Below the pieces are notes generated by a model that worked only from the letters and a program-made list of their open reading frames with translations, had not been told where the DNA came from and ran no database searches. DNA of 64,000 nt from Fistulifera solaris (lineage: Eukaryota): assembly GCA_030295235.1 (NCBI GenBank), contig AP026172.1:496001-560000 (forward strand). Direction: 5' to 3'. Made by a program: the position numbers and the translations under genes. Below are positions 24,923 through 36,148 of the stretch, piece after piece (position 1 is the first letter of the stretch; the number at the start of each line of letters is the position of its first letter).

Positions 24923-27600
24923 ATGTTACGCGCGGCTGCGAAGATCCCTCGTCGTGGTTGCCTATACCGTTACAAATCGAGCGTTGCGACGACGATCGAA
25001 GACCCGGCGTCCGCTCTGAGTGCCGAAATCAAACGATTGCGTCACATTCGCAATGTCGGAGTCTTTGCTCACGTCGATGCAGGAAAAACGACGGTAACGG
25101 AACGCATGTTGGCATTGGCGGGAATTGTGCATCGCGCTGGTTCGGTCGATGAAGGAAATACGGTGACGGATTGGTACGTTTGAGTGACGATACTTTTTCT
25201 TTCTCTTGGAGATTTTTCGAATGCTGACATACTCTTTTTCGTACTTTAAGGCTCCCCGCTGAACGAGAACGCGGTATTACCATTCAAAGTGCCGCAATTT
25301 CATTTCAGTGGGATTGGCATAACAATCGGAAAGGAGATGATTACGAAGCCAATGATAGCGTTTCCATTTCGTTGATTGATAATCCGGGTCATGTGGATTT
25401 TAGTGTTGAAGTGAATCGTACGGTAGCCGTCTTGGATGGTGCAGTGTTGGTGGTGGACGCCGTTGCGGGTGTGCAAGCTCAAACGGAGACAGTGTGGCGT
25501 GCGATGACCCGGCCATCCCTCAACAATCACAATCCCGTCGAACACACAGTCGAACGACAAGATCATGCCCATGAGCCATTGCCGTGTTTAGCCATGGTGA
25601 ACAAAATGGATAAGGAGGGGTGCCATTTTGGCAGTGCGATCGCGTCATTACGACAAAAACTTCCGGGTGCGAATCCCATTCCCATTCAAATACCGTTGTT
25701 CCGCTCGTCGTCTACCAATAAGGCCGGAATATTTCCTTACGGCGTCGTCGCGGCATCAGCGAATGATGATGCGGCGGGTGGAGGTCTGAGTGGCGAATTC
25801 GTCGGTTTGGTCGATTTGGTGCACATGCGGGCCGTCCTGTGGCCCGAATCAAGCAATGTTTCACAGGTCGAAAACTGTGTACCGCAAACCATCCAGTTAC
25901 TCCAACCGGTCACCCACGCAGCGGTCGATCCGGATTGTCAAGTCACCCAGCAAGCTTTGAGTGCACGTTCGAATTTAATAGAACTGCTGGCAGATTGTGA
26001 CGAAGAAATTGCCGAACTGTTCTTAGCGGAACAGGAACCCGATAATGCCACATTGCGAATGGCGTTACGGAGAGCCACGTTATCTCGGAAAGCGTTACCG
26101 GTTGTGACAGGTGCTGCGTTGCGTGGAAAAGGCATTGAGCCATTGTTAGACGCCATTGCTGATTTGTTACCGAGTCCACTCGATCGCCTACCACCCGCGC
26201 TGGTGTGTTTGGAGCAAGGCCAAAACAGTAGTGAAAAGCCCGGAAGCATTACCGTAGGCCATCCGTTGCATCCCCAAGTTCTTGCGTTCGCGTTCAAGGT
26301 TGTGCACATGAAAGGACGGGGAGGTAGTGGTGATGGACGCGTGGTGTTTGCTCGAGTCTATTCCGGAGAACTCCGAGAGAGGGATTGTCTTCGCGTATTA
26401 AGTCCTCCATCACCGGGGGAACGTACGGTTGTCCCCCGCATTGAGCGTATTGGATCTATGCTGGAATTGGCCGGTGGTCGTTTTGATCGTCTGGAGTCCG
26501 GCGTTTGCCGGAGTGGTGAAGTCTGCGCGTTAGTCGGATTGAAATCTGTAGTAACGGGTGATACAATTTTGATGGGACCCGAGAAAGGAAACAAGAAACA
26601 ACAAAAGAAAAATAATTCTTTGATTTGTCTCGCAGGAGTGGCAGCACCCAAGCCAGTATTGAAGGTTCGCTTAGAGACGGATTCAACGGAACAGCAAACT
26701 GCGTTGCTGGACGCCTTGTCCCTATTGACCGTGGAAGATCCCAGTCTCGTTGTTGAAGAAGTAGAATCATCAACACTACTCGGGGGCCTTGGAGAGTTAC
26801 ACATTGACGTTACACTGGATAGGCTAAGACGTGAGTTTGGGATCAATGTCCGGGCAGGCTCACCTTCCGTTTCATATCGAGAGACGATCATCGACGACAT
26901 GGAAACCGCCGGACTCTGCAATTTTGACAAAACGATTGGAGGAACCCGCATGCAAGCGGCTGTTCATCTTCTCTTGGAACCAACTTGGGGCGATGAAAGT
27001 GAAGACGAATCCGCTTGCATGCTTCTCTTTGAACCGATTGTGGCTGTAAGCGACCGCGCGAAGACATACCTAGGGCTTGATCTAGAATCATCCGATGAAG
27101 ATTTGATGCTACGATCCGAGTTGTTCAAGTCGGTGGTACAGGGATGTCAAGGCGCAATGAGACGAGGACCCCTGAGTTCTTATTCAATGGTTAACCTAAA
27201 ATGTACGGTCTTGAACATAGAGGCGGAAGAGGGACTAAGCAGCTTGCAAGCAATGCCTGGCTCGCTACGAGCGGCTTCTGCTAACGCTGTTGCTACCGTG
27301 CTTTCGGAAAATCGATCGCTGTGTACCGTGCTGGAGCCGACCATGAGCATAGAAGTATCTTTACCGAATGATTATGTTGGCACGGTCCTTTCGGACTTGT
27401 CAAGCCGTCGCGGAAACGTCGCTGACATTCTGGTGGGTGAAACGGGTACGAATCGTGTCGCGTCCAAGGCGTTGGTACGAGGCGAAGTTCCGCTCGTTGG
27501 TATTCTCGGCTATTCGAATAGTCTTCGAAGTCTAACGGGAGGCGAGGGTGCTTTTACGGCTGAATACAAGGGGCACTCTCCCACAAGTATCTCTTTATAA
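24923..27600 (+). CDS. Mitochondrial elongation factor G-like GTPase, probably EF-G2/ribosome-releasing factor 2; intron 25174-25250
   Basis: [50 protein letters not shown] and LRSLTGG; N-terminal mitochondrial-type presequence. Confidence 0.88.
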
Positions 27601-27676
27601 CAATAAATGCACATTGTACCTTTTAGTTAAAATACATAATTCAGTTATTTTAGATACAATGACCACAAACAAAAAC

Positions 27677-28765
27677 TTATTTCGGTAAAAGATCTTTGCT
27701 TTCCGTATCGTCCTTGATTTTTCCGAACGTGGGCAGTGGGTTGCTGAAGAAATAGACCGAGGCCAAAATGACGACCGCCCCCATGTTAAATTGCATACCT
27801 AATGGAGTGCCGAATAGGATCATCGATAAGACCGATGAAACTACCACCGATACGCCCGTGGCGAGTCCCTTCAAGACATTATCGGCGTATTTGATGACCG
27901 CCGCAACCAGCATACCACCACCAGCTTGTAGCATGACCAAAATCCACGCCCATGCACTAAAACCGTGCAAATATGGCATACCAGGATTGGCGGGCTTCTG
28001 AAAGCAGGATTGAAGAAGAGCAATAATACAACAGAAAAAGGCCATCTGAATGTTTCGCATCCAAAGAGAAGCCTGTGGTTCTTGGGTCGCATCGGAGGAT
28101 ACCTTCTTGAGTACCTTTTCAAAGTAAACACCTGCCAGAGCCGAACAAAAACAAGCGACCGTCACCGCCGACAACCCCACAAACAAGTTTTGATGCGTGT
28201 CGTCACCACCCGATGATTTCTTTTCACCAAGCACGACAACGGCTACACCGAGTGAGAGTCCCACCAGGCAAACCCATTGCTGCACCGAGTAACGACGTTG
28301 CAGCATGAGGACACTGACAATCGCCGTCGTGACCAGCTTGCCCTGATAGGTCACCTGAAAAATCGGCGCCGTCAAGTTCGAGAAGGCTACATACAGCAAC
28401 GTATTCTGCACCAGATACAGCAACGAGGGTACCATGATGATTAAAGCATCCATTGGCTTTTGAAAGACGTGTTGATGGAGCGAAGCCATCAAATTACCCG
28501 AAGTAGTGTGAAACTCAAAGAGCGCAGCGAGTATCAGTTTCGAAAGCTCCGTAACCACAATCAAATGATTCACATCGTAGAGTTCACTTTCGGGGACACC
28601 CGCGCGAGTGAAACGACCGACCAGAACCGTCGAAGAGTTCTGTAAGACCATCATGATGAGCAACAATAGCTTGAAACTGTACGCGGACGTGTTGTTTTTG
28701 CTGCTCTCTGCCGCGCCACTCGCCACGGAAAGAGGCGTCTTCCCACTGTTGTTGCGGCTGACCAT
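27677..28765 (-). CDS. SLC35A-family nucleotide-sugar (UDP-galactose/CMP-sialic acid type) transporter
   Basis: VPSLLYLVQNTLLY, FQVTYQGKLVTTA, AGVYFEKVLK, SLWMRNIQ and VIKYADNVLKG motifs. Confidence 0.93.
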   Translation of the reverse strand: MVSRNNSGKTPLSVASGAAESSKNNTSAYSFKLLLLIMMVLQNSSTVLVGRFTRAGVPESELYDVNHLIVVTELSKLILAALFEFHTTSGNLMASLHQHVFQKPMDALIIMVPSLLYLVQNTLLYVAFSNLTAPIFQVTYQGKLVTTAIVSVLMLQRRYSVQQWVCLVGLSLGVAVVVLGEKKSSGGDDTHQNLFVGLSAVTVACFCSALAGVYFEKVLKKVSSDATQEPQASLWMRNIQMAFFCCIIALLQSCFQKPANPGMPYLHGFSAWAWILVMLQAGGGMLVAAVIKYADNVLKGLATGVSVVVSSVLSMILFGTPLGMQFNMGAVVILASVYFFSNPLPTFGKIKDDTESKDLLPK

Positions 28766-29287
28766 TCTTCTTGGCTTAACGTGAAATGGGATTGGCTGAA
28801 GGAAGCAGCAAGGCCAGAATTTCTACTTCAGCAACAATGAAGGCAATGACCTTTATCAAACAAAGGCGACGAAAGACGAAACATGGCTGTATTTTTCGCG
28901 CATCGGCCAAAAAAAGACGGAGTACTTACTTGAATCTTTACTATAGGCCACTTTGTAAAGGGGTACTACATTCTGAGTTATACTTCTTAATGTATTTATA
29001 TTATGTCTTCACGAGTAAGACTCGAAGACGTTTTGGAACTTAAAATCGAAAGACGAATCCGTCACGGCAAAATAATTCTCCCACTGGTAGAGCGAAAAGC
29101 ACTCTATGCAAACCAGACGCCAACTGACTACAGGTGTGCCCTAAGGTCAGTCTATCACGCTGATAACTATCATAGGCCTGATTGCTAACGTTCTACGCTC
29201 TATCGGCCTCTAACGAACTCGCGAACCATAATCATTTCCTAACATTTTCAAACAGAACCATGCGTTCCACCTTACCAGTAGACGTTA

Positions 29288-30338
29288 TTAATACGCCATG
29301 TGCTTCTTCACGCTAGCCGGGTCGACTTCTCCACCCTTGAAACGATCTGGATCCACTTTAGGTACGATCGGTTCTCTCCAAGTCAAAGTCGTCTTGCCCT
29401 TGGGACCTTCACACGAGACCTGTCCATTCATCGGTAGGGATCCCCACTTCCCCATGGGCGGCGGTGTTCCCTTTTGCAGGCTTCCAGAAGTTCAATAGTC
29501 GTCTTGGGAGTCAAGCACTCATAGTAATCATCATTGAGTTGAACCATGGGAGCGTTCGCACACGCGCCCAAACATTCCACTTCGAGTAGAGTAAACAAAC
29601 CATCCGACGTCGTTTCGCCGTTCTTGATACCGAGGTGCTTCTCAATGGTTTGACGAATATCATTGCTACCGCAGATCATGCAAGGAGTGGTACCGCAGAG
29701 TTGAATAAAGTACTTGCCGACCGGGGTGCGATTGAACATGGTATAAAAGGAAGCAACTTCGTATACACGGACGGGAGCGACCTCGCAAATTTGTGCCACC
29801 TTATTCATGGCAGCCACCGGAAGCCATCCTCCACTTTGGCGTTGCGCCAAGTCTAACAAGGGAATCATGGCGGCTCGTTTGTAATTGTTGGGATATTTTC
29901 CTAGAATGTGAGAAACGCGCTCATAATTCTCGGCATTAAAGTCGAAATGGGATGTTCGGCTATCATTCTCCGGACTTTCAATGTGCTGTAAAAACAAAAA
30001 AACGAAATCACGTAGCATTAGACGAATATATATCAACTGTAATTGTTTTTTGTGTGAATGAGGGGAGATCCGAAGGATAATTCCAAGAGACTGACTCGGT
30101 TGCGAGCAACAAATTGCAAAAGCCTTTGTCTCCTCCACCGCCGACAAATTAGCAAGGATACGACATCACATGTAAAATATGATGCAAAAAGCAGAGAAAC
30201 AACACAATAAATCAAAGGTACGTCGAAAGGTACACTTACAAACGGTTTGGCTCCAAACATTCGAACCGAAGGTTTGTGTAACGATGAGCGGTTCGCGGAA
30301 GCTAGCTTGCTTCCGCTGCGCAATATAGCACTCCACAT
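29288..30338 (-). CDS. NDUFV2: Mitochondrial complex I 24-kDa 2Fe-2S subunit; probable intron 29986-30239; frameshift at 29472-29475
   Basis: [26 protein letters not shown] and VECLGAC; corrected C-terminus [11 protein letters not shown]. Confidence 0.95.
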
Positions 30339-31165
30339 GTTTGTCAAGTGAAAACAGAAAAGACTGAAAGGCTCTTTGTAGCTAATGCGTTGAAGCAAAG
30401 AAGAGGGTGATGTCGAGCAATAAAATTCATTATTTGAGGAAAAAGGAGCTTGCGCTGCGCTCGCACTCGCAGCAACGAGCGAACTGACGACAACAACACT
30501 ATACTTTGTACTCCTTTGACAACAAATAGCCGCACGGAAAACGGAACCAATCTGAGTCCCGTGTTGTTTGTCCCTGTATCGAGTCACCGAAAAAGCGTCA
30601 AAAATCCGGTACTGGTTCGGAAGTAAAAGCCGTAATGACGTCGTAGGCCGTGGGCCTAGAAAATGTACTAAATTCAGCGAATATGTTTCATTTAGGGTTA
30701 CTTTCTCTGTCCTAACGGTAGCCATGAACTAAACAGTGAAGAGTTGTGCACAGTCTACATAACAGTCGTCGAAACGTGAACAATCTACTATAGGATAAAA
30801 AAGGTTAGGGTCTTGGATGGATTGCGAAATGGATGTCACAGAGGTGTCTATGCATCAAGCTGTGCATTTTCCGCCCAACCTTCATCATCCACGAACGAAA
30901 TCCGTTGCAACAACAGCGACAACGCATAGTACCTAAAGCTACAGAAAGCCTACGCAACGATCCGCTTTATGGACACTGCAGCGAACACGCCCCAGTGGCT
31001 CAATTAGCACTTCACAAGTCGTGTTTTGAGTTGTCAACATTCTCTCATTCATCTCACAAATTATGCAGCCATCACTGAACGAATCAATCATCATCAGTTG
31101 ATGTTGCAATACTGTCTGCCCTGTGGTACCGCCAAACTCTCGACAAACGTAAGTGAATCATCATC

Positions 31166-31960
31166 ATGAATCGGATTCAAGACAGTTGTGACGAAAATAG
31201 TCCCTGTAAGAACATCATTTGTATGATCGGAAAGGGCATTGCATCTATTCAAAACCGAGACCGAGCTGTCATTTATGATACTCCTGTTGACTCGGACGTT
31301 TTATGTGGTCAAGATAAGAACCTGAAAAATCACCCCGGCAACAAGATCTTCGATTCGATGGTCAAATCGGAGGCCACGCGTTACCAAGGAGCATCATCCA
31401 AGCAAGAGAAAATGGATATTTCCCAAGAAATTGTAACGAATATGCGGAAACGTTACAATAGTCGGTTTTTGAAGAAGTTCACGGTGAACGGCAAAGAATT
31501 CTGGAAGGAAATTTCCGACGCAAAGGCTCGAGACAAGGTCACCCACAAGATCCGAGGTTTTGCTAAGGAATTCAAACGATGTGATCGGAGCCCCTCTCCC
31601 GACAACACGTCAATGACCAGCAAGGAAAGTGAAACAGAAATGAAGTCGGGTCCTCAGGATACGGTGCTGGGCGCCCTCATACAGAAGCGGCAAATGATCA
31701 TGTCCAATACTGAAATCAGTGCTTTGGGAACCCAAGATCAACAGCAATTCTCCCACGCGTGTCTTTCCCGTTACGAAGATCACTTGGATTCGGTAAGAAG
31801 TGATGATATTCGTGAATTTCTCATCGAACCGTTCGGTGTCCGCTATGACTCGAAAGAAACGGTGTTTAATTCGCTTCGCACTGAAGATTTGGATGCCATG
31901 GATACCACGATGGCCGAGCCGGTTCCCGTCAACGAGTGGAGGGATCCGATGATCGAGTAA
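31166..31960 (+). CDS. DUF6824-type diatom-expanded domain protein
   Basis: DVLCGQ..HPGN..F, RFLKK and WKEISDAKARDKVTHKIR motifs. Confidence 0.8.
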   Translation: MNRIQDSCDENSPCKNIICMIGKGIASIQNRDRAVIYDTPVDSDVLCGQDKNLKNHPGNKIFDSMVKSEATRYQGASSKQEKMDISQEIVTNMRKRYNSRFLKKFTVNGKEFWKEISDAKARDKVTHKIRGFAKEFKRCDRSPSPDNTSMTSKESETEMKSGPQDTVLGALIQKRQMIMSNTEISALGTQDQQQFSHACLSRYEDHLDSVRSDDIREFLIEPFGVRYDSKETVFNSLRTEDLDAMDTTMAEPVPVNEWRDPMIE

Positions 31961-32396
31961 AGCATCATTGTTTCGGGTATTATTATCCAATAGTCATCGT
32001 GGGGATGACTTAGACTCCATTTATGGTGTTTCAACAATTTTTACAATATAATTTAAAAAAAAGATATTACGAAAGTTCAATTAGCTCACCAAAAGTTGAT
32101 CAAAGGTGCTCACGATGGAGTACTTTTCTTTATTCATCTGCTATACGCTATACCGGTACGGCTTTAGACTATACACGCATGGTTCAGCATGGACAAGCCA
32201 CTAGCGCATTCACGAGTCACGAGCATCTAACAAAGTCTGCTACAGAATAAGATTCGTAAACATTCAACCCATCTACTAAATTTGGCAAGTCAACATAGAG
32301 ACCGCATTACCGATTAACTGTTACACACAAGGAATAGAGTGCCTATTCGGATCGAAACGATGTAGAAGTAGAAGTGATTACGAAACCGAACGACGT

Positions 32397-32477
32397 TTAC
32401 ATGCTCATGCTCATGCTCATACTTTCCACTTGCAACAAACGAGACATGAGTTCTCTGCTGGCAAACATTTGTTCCAT

Positions 32478-32512
<35 letters not shown>

Positions 32513-32639
32513 GTTGAAGGGGTTCCGCCGCTACTTGCCAGACGTTGTGTAAATTACGGCGAAGGCGAACGGGACCGTTCTCTTGGGCGAGAGCTAGGGC
32601 CAGAGCCAAAGCAACGGTAAGGAATCGACATGAGAACAT
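32397..32639 (-). CDS. 80-aa secreted precursor with RxL motifs, poly-Asn and C-terminal (Ser-Met)4
   Basis: Signal peptide MFSCRFLTVALALALALA, RLRRNL, N11, SREL, SRLL, QVESMSMSMSM-stop. Confidence 0.7.
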
Positions 32640-33326
32640 GATGACTGGAAATTGAAAAAGGTTCTGTACAAAGGAACAAAAAGGCGCTTCGATTGAGCGT
32701 TTGCCACAAGATTGCAGTTTGATAAGAGTTGTGATGGTTTGGTTTTGCTCAGCTCTCGCGCAAAGAATTCGGCTCTATCCAGAAATTCGGCTTGTTGGTT
32801 GGGAGGAAAGCGCCAAAATTAGCGGAGAGGAGGAGAAAAAAAGATCCACGGGGCACAATTTTGGAAGTCCGTTGAGACTGTTGTTTACAGCAACGGAAAC
32901 AAATTTGTCGAAGATTCTCGTCCGAGTATTCGCGTTTCGACATAAGCCTACGATACAAAAGAGTAGGACACGCACTTGCAACTGGCACTAAGTCCCGGTA
33001 CCCCCTTCGTCACTCGGATAATAGAGGTGCGCTATGCCGCTCTCCGCTTCCGCATGCGCGGTGAGCGAGCCGGCCGTCGGCCAGAACATGTGTCTGGTCG
33101 CCGACCGTACAGCTGTAGTTGTATTCGGAAAATCTTGCCCTGTTGGGTTTGCTTCAAGATGCGGAACAGCGGGACAGATCAGCCATGCACATCTTGTCGG
33201 TGAACTTCAAGCCGAGGGACTCTGTGATCTATTGATGTTCATGTCGAAGAAGTTGAGGGTCCTGTTGAATTGATAAGCGCTGCGTTCGAGTTGACGGACT
33301 TTTCAGAAAAGCTTTGAGCGACAGTC

Positions 33327-34668
33327 ATGTTTCCCAACAACATACAGCAACCCCTGTTTGCGCCTGCTACCCAGAGATTGCAGGTAAGGATTTACTCACA
33401 TTTTCCCTGCTTTGTTTCTAAAAAACTGGGAAACTGATTCATTTAAATTACAGCAAGATGATTTGGATTTTAACGAAATTTTCTCCGAGTACTTTATTAA
33501 TGAGTTTGATGACCCGCTGAATGCGTACACTAACTCGATGGCAAACAATTACAACAATTTGAACTTTGATAGTAGTACCATCGCTCAGGTTTATGCACCG
33601 GATAATACCCCAAAAGTCAATAATAAGGTGAATCTTCCAACGGGAGGAATTCGGACGGTGTTTCATGGCTCAGTGGAGCAAGCCAATGCGGCTTCACCCC
33701 CCACAAAAAAGCCAAAGATCGACGATCCACCAAAGCCAACAATTCCACCTTCTGCACCGGGAGTAAGCCTGCCTGTAGGTGTTGGTATTCGTCTGGGGGT
33801 GTCGGAGGTATCGCACCGTCAACAGCTCAGAGTTCGGCGCGTATAGCCGGAGTACAATCGCAATTTATGATGTGGGGTGGCGATGATGGTGCTCCCGAGC
33901 ATGTGGTAGCCGAAAGGCGGCAAAGGAACCGAGAACACGCCAAACGCAGTCGCGTTCGAAAGAAATTTATGTTGGAATCCATGCAACAACAAGTTTTAGA
34001 TTTGCAGAGAGAAAACCAGAGACTTCGTATGTTGGTTCAGGAACACATTCCGGAGCATTCACAACAGATAATAACGGAATGTTGCCATCCGAATCCTTTA
34101 TTTGGCGATCCTGATGAGCTTGGTTTTACTGCAGACGAAACGATGGATCAAGCGGATAGTGCTTTAATGAACAGCTTGGCGACAGGACAAAAGTGCTTTG
34201 TTTTATCGGATCCCAAATTACCCGACAACCCCATCGTCTTTGCTAGCCAGGGTTTCTATGACTTGACCGGTTACACCAGCAAGGAGGTGCTCGGTCGAAA
34301 CTGTCGCTTCCTGCAAGGGCCCGGCACGGACCCCAAACACGTCGAAGTCATTCGGAAAGCCGTGGCGACTGGTTCGGATTGCACAGTGTGCATCCTGAAT
34401 TACAAAGCGGACGGCACACCTTTTGGAATCAATTCTTCCTCGCATCGCTGCGTGACTCGGATAATGCAATCGTTAATTATGTAAGTTCTTGATGTCTTTG
34501 TGGGGAAATAGAGGAATGTGGGAAGTTGAAACGCTCACTCTGCTTTTTGCTGGACGCTTTCTCCGTCGTCGATAGGTCGGTGTTCAAACAGAAATTCAAC
34601 CGGATCAGGGCGTTAGTATGTTGGAAGAGAAGGTGAACGCTGTAATGCCGCTGCAAAACAAGGAATAG
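33327..34668 (+). CDS. Aureochrome blue-light receptor/transcription factor (bZIP-LOV); introns 33384-33453 and 34481-34575; frameshifts near 33797 and 34422
   Basis: b[53 protein letters not shown] (corrected)..NY|VGVQ. Confidence 0.95.
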
Positions 34669-34872
34669 AGAAGCTATCTGTGCCCTGTGACCCGCTTGTG
34701 AAGCAAGACTGTATTTTTCACTTTTATGGGCTATAATCATGATGCATTGTTCTTCATTTTCTGGAATTTCATCGTCATTTAGAGTCACTAATAGCTAGGA
34801 ACGAGTATCATTTGCTCTTGCGTTGAATGATGGTTCGTTTTGAAAAGATTGTGATACAATGCAAAATGATTC

Positions 34873-35653
34873 CTATTTCACAAGCAGGGAGCTTTTACTG
34901 ATGCGCACTAGTATTTGATCGATCGCTTCGGACGCCCGAATACCCTCTTCCTCTGCGGCAGTTCTCTCACCGGGACGTCGATTGTCAAGAATTTTTCTCC
35001 TCTTGCGCTTTTTCGCCATTTGCATCAATGAGTAAGGATCCGTCTTTTCCTTGGGGTCGAATACCCACGTGTAACCCAGAGAAGGCAGATATCGAGCACA
35101 GGGTGCTAAAGCTTCACAAGCCCCCGAAAGTCCCTCCAAGGTACGTGTCACATTCGTTTTCATGACGGACCGCACCGACGGTGCCTTGTAGATGACACCT
35201 TCTACCACATAGTAGATCCCCAATACTTTTGTGGTGGTCGGGTTCGTTCGCAACACATGCCGAATGGTGTAGAGTGGTGACGGTTGTGCGTACAGGGATG
35301 GCTCGGACGGAGGCATGAGTTCATATTGTTCTCCTGTCAGTTTGGCTAACGCATTGTGATATTCGATTTCGGCTTGTTGCGGCGACAACGGTGGTTCTCC
35401 GTGATGCAATCCTTGCTGCATAAAAATTCCGATACCGATCCCTTGCATGGCCACCACTTCGTTGCTAGTATTGACGGTCGTTCGAAACGGATTGAGAGGG
35501 TGCAAAAAATAATCGAGCACATTGGTTCGGTTCTAAAAAAGGGAACGTGAGCCGCAAAACGTTACGGTGATTCCGCGTCATCTCCCAAGAAAAGCTTACC
35601 AATCCAAATCGTGCCAGAAACACCGGATCGACGAATGAGGCAGTCTCCGACAT
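34873..35653 (-). CDS. MED6: Mediator subunit 6; intron 35533-35599
   Basis: L|NRTNVLDYF..NPF..SNE, LYTIRH and YYVVEGVIYKAPSV motifs typical of Med6. Confidence 0.85.
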
Positions 35654-36148
35654 GGCAGCGTTAGTCCACTTGAATTGAATTAAGCAAATTGATACTGCAA
35701 TAAATGAAAAAAAATGATTCGTTTCTACCGGGTAATAAGCGATGGGACTGAAAAAATAAACTACTCCGGGAGTATAACTGTTACAACGGAACTCGACAAC
35801 ATTTTACAATAAGGTTAAGGATTACGTATCATTATTGCCTTCGTTTACTTAGTGCTTTGCAGATGATAGTACAAATAATGCATTCGCGCCTTATTTACAC
35901 GGTCAAACACGCGAAAACGACGCTGCCAACACCAACCGCAAAACCTTTCACTCGATCATCGCAGCATGCCAAACGTCAAATCGAATAAAGAATCATCCAT
36001 ACTGCAAAGTTTTCCCCCTACAATTCCTTGCTACTACTTACTTATCTCTAATTCGAGTTTCTAAAGTTTGTCGAACGAAATAAAAATTGAAATTGAATTA
36101 AATTCACGGAAAGCCAAAACATAGTTCTCCATAGAATGACAAGCAAAG

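Noticed and set aside
30033..30725. Long N-terminal extensions and antisense ORFs in the ORF track (also 1232-2044, 22731-23303, 57675-58256)
   Set aside because: They start at non-ATG codons or shadow well-supported genes on the opposite strand, with no recognisable motifs.
30690..30812. Telomere-like TTAGGG hexamers
   Set aside because: Isolated single copies, not an array.
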